A stretch of DNA of 62,411 bases, from NCBI RefSeq assembly GCF_000143415.4, contig NW_003314447.1, positions 1 through 62,411 on the forward strand. The letters are read 5' to 3'. Numbering within the stretch: the first letter of the stretch is position 1; the number at the start of each line of letters is the position of its first letter. The stretch is from Selaginella moellendorffii (taxonomy: Eukaryota > Plantae > Lycopodiophyta). Shown here piece after piece: positions 52,393 to 62,411 of the stretch. Both the position numbers and the translations under genes were made by a program. Below the pieces are notes generated by a model. It was not told the DNA's origin. It saw only the letters and a list, made by a program, of their open reading frames with translations, and did no database searches.

Positions 52393-53832
52393 TGTAAGTG
52401 ATTAATTTGTTTATTCTACTTTAGTTACTTAACCACACCTCCGACCACTTGGAGGAGTCTCATTCACAACCTCCATAAGTCCAATTCATGATTTGGGGTT
52501 TGCTAGCCCTGAGAATAGCATCCATGCCACTCAACCATTGCACTGGGTCCAAGTGCTCTATGTGTCTGATCCTATGACCGACACCCCAAGCTACCACCGA
52601 TATATCAACTTGTTATGCTAAAGCCATACCTATTCACCTTGGTCATACTGGTGGTTCAACACCACCTGCATCACAATCCTGTCTCTCAAAAATTAGGCCA
52701 TCCATCCATGAGTGATCATCTTAGATTCAACATCCTTAGAATGCCCGCAGACATGGGGAACAACCTTCCCAATACCCCTTTTACAATCCCTATTAAGTCC
52801 CTTTTCTGTCCATGGCTGTGTTCGCCAACACTGCCACTGGGACAAGGCCCACAAGCCCGACCACTAAGTCCTACTATCCTCTGGGACTTCTTCAATACAT
52901 GACTGTATCCTTGGTTACTACATCAAAGGACCACTCCTTTTCCTTTCCACAGTTTGGGATTTTATGACAACATTTTGGAACACCGTGGCCCTACACGAGC
53001 CTCATGGGTACTCTCCCCACCTTTTGCCTTTGAGTGCTCTAGCCATGGGCTTAGAGTGAGGTTTCATTGAGCCATACTAGGTATCTAAGTAGGTAGTGTT
53101 ACCCATACTTGCATTAGGAGCATCGATCATTCGATCTCCCGAGGGGACTAGAATTGGCTCTTGAACACTTTACCAAACTACCCCGCTTGTCGGTCTATAT
53201 TCACTTTAGCCTTGGACTTCCCAATGGTTATTTCATCACCCAACATCTGGGTACAGCCTTCTTGGGCCAAACTGGCCTTTCCTGGCCAAATTGGCTCCAT
53301 TAGAGTCCAACCCCCACACTCTCCTTACTATACTTTTGAACCCCTTGCAGCCCCCCCCTCTAGGGGACAATCACTTTGGGCTTTCACCCAATAGCCTATA
53401 TTAGTATTTGGACTTGAACTTGGACTCAGACTCAGACTCGAACTCGGGTATCGGTCTCGGACTCAAACTCGGGTATCGGTCTCGGACTCGGACTTGGACT
53501 CGGTCTCGGTCTCAGTTCCATCTCTTAGACTCCATCTTAGGTCCATCTCAAACTCCATCTCAGACTCCATCTCAGGTCCATCTCGGACTCTATCTTGGAC
53601 TCTGTCTCGAGTCCTTCATATGTCATGTGTTGGTCCTCTTGTATCCCTTTTCTAGAGACTCACTTACTGCTTGCTTTGTGCTCGTTTCTTGAGCCCTTCA
53701 TTGGGAGTTCCACTCCCACTCTCAACTTTCAAGTTGGAGCTTTTAGTCCAAATATGTTACACTTATTTGGCTTTCGTTTCGGCCACTACCACATGGCACC
53801 CACTTTGGGGTCTAAGGATTTTATGTCTAACA
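52393..53832. mobile_element. Old solo LTR (1440 bp) in intron 2
   Basis: TGTAAG..CTAACA; TSD CAACT 52388-52392 / 53833-53837; removal leaves a 61-nt GT-AG intron. Confidence 0.92.
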
Positions 53833-54719
53833 CAACTCCACTCTAACTTGTTTTGTTGTGTTTAAATGCAGGCTTAGGCAGTTTGCTGTTCAAAAGTAAA
53901 ACCTTATCCATGATATCGAGCAACTTTGATTTTAGCAAACTTAAGTGAGGATGAGATCCGCCAACATTATAATGATGATCTTGCAACACTTGTTCAGCAC
54001 TCACGCACTCGAAATGACGATACAACTTGGTTCAACAACCCAATCAATTTTATGCTCGCTGTATGGTGCAAGGTATGTCTTTCCCTTTCATTTTATAAGG
54101 GCTTCTTTTAATTGTTTTAGTTTTTAACCTTTGGTGAAGGTCAAGAAAGATGTTTATGAACTTGCATATCTGGAGAATAGTCGGGAAGAGCTCTCAGCTG
54201 AGTTCGTACAGATTGAGCACAAAATTCAGCATGCAAAGTCTTCAAAGTTGAAGAAACTAATATGCATTGCAGACAATCGTATGCCAAAGGAGTAGCTAAA
54301 GACTATAGCCAAAATTTCTTTTTATGAATGTAAGTTTACTTATCACACTTCATTTTTCTCAATTATGCATATTTACTTTTGCAGTGAAGAAAACTCTAGA
54401 TGACATGATTTACAATATCGCAAAATTGAAGCTTCCATATAAGCGACAAATAAAGACTCTAGAGTTCCTCAATGTCTGTTTGATGAACAGAGAGAAAAAA
54501 CTACCAAAACTATTTGAGAACATGATGAGAAGCGCTGTCTACATCATGCAAACTATAAATTAAGGTGAGAAGTTTTTGGCACCGCACATTAGTGACAATC
54601 CAAATGGCACATTCATGTCTTTTGATACTTACATCAACACATCAGTGGAAGGGATCAAAGAGGGGTGGTTGCCAAAGAAGTCTACAAGCACAACAACTTA
54701 TGATTACCAACATGGTCAG

Positions 54720-55622
54720 TGTAAGCGACTAAGTTTTCCATTCTACTTTAGTCGCTTAACCACACCTCCGACCACTTGGAGGAGTCTCATTCACAACCTC
54801 CATAAGTCCCATTCAGGACTTGGGACTTGCTAGTCCCAAGAATGGCATCCATGCCACTCAACACTTGCACCTGGTCCAAGTGCTCCACGTGTCCAGTCCC
54901 AAGACCGACACCCAAAGGTGCCACTGACATATCGGCCCGTTACGCTAAGGCCATGCCCATTCACCTTTGCCACACTAGTGGTCCAATACCACTTGCATCA
55001 CAATCCCGTCTCTCCAAGACTGGGCCATCCGTCCACGAGTGGTCATCCTAGATCCACTCCTTAGCATCCTTAGGATGCCCACAGACATGGGGAATAGCTT
55101 TCCCCAATATCCCTTTGTCAGTTCCTACCAAGTCCCTTTTCTATCTATGGCCATGTTCGCCAACACTGCCACTAGATCAAGGCCCATCGGCCTGACCACT
55201 AAGTCCCATGGTCCTCTGGGACTTCCTCACCATGTGACTGTATCCTTAGTCACTACACTAGAGGACTGTTCCTCCTCCTTGAAGCCGGCTCTTGAACACT
55301 TCACCAAGCTACCCCGCTTGTCGGTCCGTATTCACTCTAGTCTTGGACTTCCCAGTGGTCAGTTCATCACCCAACACTGGGTCTGGCCTTCCTGGGCCAA
55401 ACTGGCCTTTCCTGGCCAAACTGGCTCCACTGCAGTCCTCCCCCTACTATACTTTTGGAGCTCACCAAACCCCCCAGGGTCTGGGAGACGAACGCTTTGG
55501 GCTTTCACCCTCTCAGACTCGAACTCGGACTCGGACTCGGACTCGGACTCGGACTCGGACTCGGGCTCGGTCTTGGCCTTGGCCCTTGTCTCGGTCTCAG
55601 TCCCGGTCTCGGTCTCGGTCTT

Positions 55623-55656
<34 letters not shown>

Positions 55657-56408
55657 CCGGTCTCAATCTCGACCTCGGACTCCATCTCGGGTCCTTCTCG
55701 GACTCCATCTCAAACTCCGTCTCGGTCCATCTCGGACTCCATCTCGGGTCCATCTCGGACTCCATCTCGGACTCCGTCTCGGTCCATCTCGGACTCCATC
55801 TCGGGTCCATCTCGGACTCCATCTCGGGTCCATCTCGGACTCCGTCTCGGTCCATCTCGGACTCCATCTTGGGTCCATCTCGGACTCCATCTCGGGTCCA
55901 TCTCGGACTCCATCTCGGACTCCATCTCGGTCCATCTCGGACTCCATCTCGGGTCCATCTTGGACTCCATCTCGGTCCATTTCGGACTCCATCTCGGACT
56001 CCACCTCGGACTCCAACTCGGGTCCATCTCGGACTCCATCTCGGACTCCATATCAAACTCCATCTCGGACACTTCTTCAGACTCCATATCGGACTCCACT
56101 TCGGGTCCATCTCGGACTCCAATTCGGGTCCATCTCGGACTCCAACTTGGGTCTGCCTCGGACTCCATCTCGGACACTTCCATGTGTCATGTGTTAGTCC
56201 TTTTTGGGTCCCTTTTTGGAGCCTTTCTTATTGGTTGCCTTGTGCTTGCTCCTCGAGCACTTTGTTGGGAGTTCCACTCCCGCTCTCGACCTTCCAAGTC
56301 GGAGCTTTTAGTCCAAACGTGTTATGCTCGTTTGGCTTTCGCTTCGGCCACTACCACGTGGCACCCTTTCCGGCTCCACTTTGGGGCCTAGGGATTTTGT
56401 GTCTCACA
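54720..56408. mobile_element. Young solo LTR (1689 bp) in exon 5
   Basis: TGTAAG..CTCACA; TSD GTCAG 54715-54719 / 56409-56413; empty site at 13999-14003; ~0.2 kb internal deletion near 55280; SSR array ~55515-56175. Confidence 0.95.
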
Positions 56409-57865
56409 GTCAGCTTTATTTCATGCGACATGCAACTTATAGGTATAATATGATTTCTGAGACTATTTTTAAATATATATTGTTTACAGGTGTTATTGAT
56501 ATAGAGGCATGTCATTTGAGGCACCAGTTTGCACTCGACTTGTTACAATGGGTGTAAGGGATGGAGGAATATATCTAACAATGTTTGCAAGAGTTTCGAA
56601 GGCACAGAAAATAGAATGCCCTTGGGAGTTGGAACTCATAAGGAAGGAGACCTCTACACTAGATCATAAGGAAATTATCAATGCTAACAACGATGGCAAT
56701 GCAAGTGATGATAGAGACAAGAACGAGGAAACTCCAGATCAAGTTCGTGTTCCACCACCAAACAGCCAAAATTAGGCTCCAATTCAACCATCAAACAACC
56801 AAGATTTGAATCAGGTTCCACTAGTAAATAATGATGATCAAGTGGTTTACAAAATATCACGTTGACCTTGAGGTAAGCAAAAGTAAATTTTACAAATTAA
56901 AGGTGGTAATACATGTTTTTTCAACAATAACTATTGGTAGTAATTTCATTTTAGCTCAACGAGATGCTCATGAAGAGGAGTTAGAGGAACTCTCATTGAC
57001 AATACGCCATATGATGGTAATATAGTGTCTTCATCCTACCGAACAACCCCAATTGAATGTATGAGCTTATGACATGGGCAACAAAAGTTTATTTCAAGTC
57101 ATTCTCTTTTGAGTGCATCATGGATTCTATTGGCATCGATACAAAGGGTGTCCAAGGGAAGCCTAAAAAGGTGAGTATGTATTTTATATTTTTATTTGAT
57201 TTCTAAACATTTTTATTTTCCAGGTTGCCACCCTAAACCTATCATGCCTTCCGCAGAAACACACATGATAGGTTTCGTGATAGTGAACATGCAACATGTG
57301 TTTTACCTGGGTACGACAGTTCCACTAACATCATACCTAACCTTGTGGATGAACAAATCCCAAAGTACCAATTTCAAACTCTATCGGCGATGCAAGTCTT
57401 GTTTGAACTCTATTGCCCACCAAATGGTGTTGTGATTGATTGCAAAATAGGTAGTGGTTCTATAGTGGAGGTAGCATGTGACTCTGGTAGGTCAGTGTTT
57501 GCTATTGAAGAACATCACTTATTCAAACGCTGGCTTAGAGGATTTCAAGAGTTGCCTCCAACCTCAAGGAGGTAAATTATGTTTATTAAAATTTCAATAT
57601 ATGTTTAATTATATTTTATAGATCACACTCACCTGAAATTTCTAGAATTGGAGGCTTTGGAAGTATCCCTGACTATGGAGAAGCCATGGCCCAACATATG
57701 CAAGGCAAATCTTCTCCACAATACCAATATAGGAAGACGCATAAAAGAAATCAATATGTTGATGATAAGGCAAAAGAAAGTTAATTGTATATTTACATAA
57801 AATGAAAAGCTTGTTATATGTTAGATATCTATGAAAGTGTCAGATGTTAGTATCAGTGTTAGATA

Positions 57866-58573
57866 TTATAATTGCAAATTATCATTCTCACCTGTCACTT
57901 TGTAAATAATTGTATGTGATATGATAGCACCTTCTAGAACAAAGGATATTACCTACAACTAATATCATTTTATTATATTTTTTCTTTTAATAGTGACAAT
58001 ACTATAGTATAATAAAGTAATTCTAGATCTTACATTCCACTATAGGATGGCCTAAAACCCCATATTTTGCATTAGTCGATACAGTGTTTCCCAAGGGGAT
58101 GTTGTTCTTCACCATGAAGAGATAGTGGGATGTGTCTGTAACTCATTCTTGAATCTACTGTACATCCACATGTGCATATTTTCCAGACTCACCATTGGGC
58201 AATTCCTACAATGCTCAAGAAAAATTTGTAAACCCATAGAGCCATTTGTCTTGTCCAAGAAAAAGTAGCATATTAGACACTAAATGTAATAGTGTTCTAT
58301 GCTTTCAAGTAGTCCCGCCATGTCAGGAGCAAAATCTTGCAAAAACATGTGGCATTGCTCTTGAAGCGCTGGAGGCAATCCCTATTTAGTAGCAAGATTC
58401 AGAATTTCATATATAAAGAACTCTAATTCAACATCACTAAAGTCCTCAATAGAAAAAGGATTATTATATGGAGGTGGGGGTGGAATGTTGGTAGAACTTG
58501 GGGATGGAGGTAGAAATTGATATGAAATGTTGGGGGGCTAAGTATGAGTAGTAGTGACTTTCCTTCGAGCCAT
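57866..58573 (-). pseudogene. Unknown convergent two-exon gene, second copy
   Basis: Colinear with 15454-16206; CAA where copy 1 has TAA; ~40-nt deletion in exon 2. Confidence 0.55.
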
Positions 58574-60562
58574 TTCAATACAAACTTCTAAGGAGCTCAA
58601 GAAGAACAAAAAAACTATGATGACTATAACTTTTCTAAATAATTTATATACTAAGTTTTAGTCTTTGGAATGAGGTTTATTTATTATGACACTGAAATTA
58701 CTCAGATTCTTTAAATGTCAATCTTGGAAATGGGGCTCCATAATCATAGCTTGCTTGTAAACATAATGCTTCTAGAATTTTAGATTATCGTGTATACACA
58801 TGCTCTATCATTATAATGGAATCCTACTTTGCTATACATATATTTTTTTCTACACATACCAAATGTTTAGGGAAATAAACTGCAAGGAAATATAAACTAT
58901 ATTATAGTGGTAGAGCACATTGGCACGCTACCATTCTCTTATATGAGATTGTCTTTTAGTCTTAGAAATGTAGGTAAAGTTGATTCTTTGATGTGATATT
59001 ACTTTTGAGTGTTTCGAAAGATTTCGATTTCTTTTATTATTATTCACAAACAACTCTAGAAAACTTTTAATGAGGATTCACTACAAAAATATATCTTGGT
59101 CTTATCATATAAGAGGATTGTGATATAAGTAGGCAATAGAGTTTTTAATATGAATTAATATTTAAATTACAATTTTTATCAATTTAGCATTTTTATCAAT
59201 TGTGATAATGGTTTTCACATTCTCAAATAGGTAATAAGGATTAGGAGTGTAATATGGAGATTGTGGTAGTGAAACAAAATTAACATTTTCACATTTCTTT
59301 ACACTACAATTGTTACTCATAGATCTTGAATTTTCCTTGCTTCCTCTCAAGAACCCTAAAAAATCTTTTGAATGAAGGAAAAGTATCTATAGCTATACAA
59401 GTAATCAAAATATTAAGTAGTCAAATCAAAATATAACAACTGTAACAATAGTCATCATAAAATAATATAGCTTTATAAAAGAAAGGTTCTCCTAAACTTT
59501 ATCTCTTTTAAACAATTCAATCTTATAGAAACTTTTAACTCAAATATTTACGTATTTAAATATTTTAAAGTTTGCTAGAACCTTCATTTATTCAATTTAG
59601 ATTTTCTTTGTAAAACTTCTAGTTGACTGTGTTGACTTGAGTTGACTTGTGTTGAATTGAGCTCAACTACACTTTGGACCATCCCCATAACTACTATATA
59701 TAGATATTCTATGGACTTCTAAACACTAAAATAAGATGGCTAATAGTAAGAAAAACTTTGAAAACTTTAAGCATGTAGTTGTTCTTACCTATTTGAGAAA
59801 CAACTTAGTAGCACATTTATAAATACTGGCAAAAGAAAAGAGAATGACTATATCTTATATCCTTGTAGCACATATAAAATCTTTATTGCATTTATTTTAT
59901 ATTTCTATGTTTGTATTGCAAAAAGAAGATGATAATTTATAATGCTTTCTTTAAAGTATTTTTAGTAGTGATGGCCTGATTTGTGATCAATAAATTCTAT
60001 TATTTGGTGATTAGATAACAGTAGAACTGGAAGTGAAGACTACATTATCCAATGATTGAAACTCATCCAAATGTTTTGCTAGTGCATTAGCTTACTTTGA
60101 TTTAAAGACAACTTTATCACATATGAGACAATATTTCAGACAAATTGGCTTTCAAAATATGATGACATGATATATAAATTACATAGGTAAAGTCACTCAC
60201 CAGCTTGCAAATTTTTCTAAGAAAAACATAAATTATTTCTCTAGGATAATTTCACTATATTAGATATCTACATTGTTAAAAAAAATAGGTAGAAATAACA
60301 AAGATTTATAAGATGTGATTTTTCAAATTTTTTAATCAAATACTAATCATAGCTAATAATTATAAACTATGGATTTTTGTCATTGCAATGAATACTATAA
60401 AAAATGTAGTAATAATAACAGGATCTTTTTATTATTCGATAAGTTGATTAAAATTTATTTCTTTACCAACAGATTCCATATTTTATAATTGGAGAATTTA
60501 TTACTCTTACAGATATTTTCTATGATAAAATTCAATTATGCATTGCTCCATTTTCATAAAAA

Positions 60563-61244
60563 TTTTGCAAAAGCCAGCAGTTTCAGAAGATCTGTCACTA
60601 AAGCTGCAAGGCTGGACACTCTCCAGGATGTTTGGCTCAAAGCTAGGTGGCAAGTGCCCGCTTGGAGGAGAGCTTGGCGAAGCACTTGGCTAGAGATCTC
60701 AGTGAAGAAATAGGCATCAGCTTCGTGGACAATAGTCATCTCTGCTCCAAGTCGGGTGCTTGTCTCCTCTTCAGGCTCTCTTTTACTTGAGTATGAAGCT
60801 GGCATGCACAGCAAGCTTGATCTTGGAGTCACTTGGAGAGCCTGGGTGGATTGGTCTCGGTTCTACACAAGCCGGTATTTGGCTGGCAGCGGGAATGCAA
60901 GGGGATCCATCATCATTTCGTTTCGAGCAAATGATGGTTCTTCTTGGAAATGTTACTCTTCAGGTATCGAGGCAGTCAACTACGTTGACATTATGATCCT
61001 CCAGATAATACCGTGGTATGTTCATTTGTATGGCCACGTGCTACAGGCTTCGTTGGATGGCGAAAACGTGGAGTTTTGGTCTGTGGTTAGACTGATGAGA
61101 TTCACAGTGGCAGAAGATCACAAAGCTCCTGCTGGTGTGGAGATTCCTCTACAAGTTTCTATTGCAACCCAGGCCATAACTTTGACAAGGTTTGTGATAT
61201 TGCTAGTTGCTTTGGAAGGGATTTTGATGATGCTATTCCATTCA
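60563..61244 (+). pseudogene. PIGT: PIG-T fragment type C, second copy
   Basis: ORF 60756..61415: YLAGSGNARGSI..IIPWYVHLY..IATQAITL. Confidence 0.85.
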
Positions 61245-62411
61245 CCAAAATCCCACTATGCTAATATTAATATATGGCATTATAACCGTACACTTGGCCC
61301 TCACATCATCCCCTCCTCTTGGAATAATGGAAGACTATTAGAGTTCTTTTATAGACGGGTTGGGATTTGGAGGAATGTCAAGAGGAGGCATCGGTGGATT
61401 TGTAGGTGGTATTAACTGCTCTTGATCCCTTTGTATAAAGCATTTCAACCGTTGCACATGCACAATCTCTGGAGGATCGGTCTGTTGGATGTCATGCCGA
61501 ACCTCATAAACTTATGGTCCAACTTGCTGCAACACCTGATATGGTCCTTTCTATTGCACAAGGAGCCCCTTAGATAAGCCACGTACTGTAAGATGGGGAA
61601 AACAAACTAACACCAAATCATCCACTTTGTACTTTATAGGTGGATGATGATAAAAGTTGTAGCGCCATTTTTGTCCCACTTGTATGCAACCTAAATGTTT
61701 GGTAGACTTTGCTCGGACAAGTGGAAGAATGCTCGTCAAATACTGATCCCACGACCTAGCATCAACAGCTCGTGTCAATTGCAACAGTAAACCCAGCTTC
61801 ATTGGTAATATTAGATCATGCCCATATAGGAGTTTATATGGTGAAGCACTAACAGAACTCTGCACCTCTATAACATATGCATACCGAAAAGACAGTAAAT
61901 AACAATCCCAATTTGAATGCTAAAAATTCACATCTTCGCAATCATCCCTTTGAATGTCCGAACGAACTATTCCACCAGACTGTCTGATTATGGATGATAA
62001 GCACTTGTGAAAGTGTGGCGTATCCCCAACCGAGACGTCAAAACATAAAATGTTTCAACTATAAATGCGAGACCATTATCCGAAAGAATCCACTCTAGAC
62101 AAGAATGTTGGAACACCACTTGATTGAGAAGGAAGTATCCAACAGCAGTTGCAAAGGCGCTAGCAAGAGCACCAACTTTCACCCAATGAGTCAAGTAGTC
62201 AAAAGCAATAATAACATACTCATTGCCAACAGTCAACCGTGGAAAAGGTCCCATAAGATGAAACTCCACCAACTCAAACGAATGGGAAACTGTAATTGAC
62301 TCCAACTGTCCTTCTGTAGCATGAGGGGGAGTATTACGAACTTGGCACCAAATGCAACTACGCACATACCAGATAACATCATGTCGCTCTCCGATAATAG
62401 AAAGATCATCA
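61245..62411 (-). mobile_element. Ty3/gypsy 3' part (truncated LTR, PPT, integrase), runs off window
   Basis: Duplicate of 20437-21610; ILSDNGLAF..TSAYHP. Confidence 0.92.

Larger units (their letters stand above)
51380..57784 (+). pseudogene. ParB/Srx-like + amino-methyltransferase-like fusion gene, second copy (exon 1 deleted; two solo LTR insertions)
   Basis: IDGNH 52208-52222; retains exons 53872-54072, 54140-54329 and 54385 onward, lost in copy 1; LYCPPNGVVIDCKIGSGS..SGRSVFAIE ~57408-57510; stop at 57784. Confidence 0.75.
38085..62411 (+). repeat. Direct segmental duplicate (copy 3) of 1-~21610 plus upstream flank
   Basis: Colinear ORF sets and sequence, differing by one inversion, two LTR insertions and several deletions. 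Confidence 0.95.

Overview
Eukaryotic land-plant DNA, not prokaryotic. Evidence: ~50-80 nt GT-AG introns, a PLS-type PPR fragment and LTR retrotransposons; a Selaginella-like non-seed plant is my inference. No intact gene is evident. A ~24 kb unit occurs twice in direct orientation (1-~24.8 kb; ~38.1 kb-end), and an inverted partial third copy sits at ~24.9-29.2 kb. Each unit holds frameshifted PIG-T/GPI16 pseudogene pieces, copia and Ty3/gypsy relics, and a compact, decayed three-gene block. That block comprises a Mutator-like transposase relic, a divergently oriented 9-exon gene fusing a ParB/Sulfiredoxin-like domain (IDGNH) to a C-terminal N6-adenine/N4-cytosine DNA methyltransferase-like SAM-binding region, and a convergent two-exon unknown gene. 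Intron 1 of the fusion gene carries a 1.4 kb double-palindrome array. Other elements: solo LTRs with perfect 5-bp TSDs and empty sites visible in the sister copy, three Cassandra-like TRIMs carrying 5S rRNA sequence, and a blunt 4.2 kb inversion. All translations and alignments were done by eye; family assignments need HMM confirmation.
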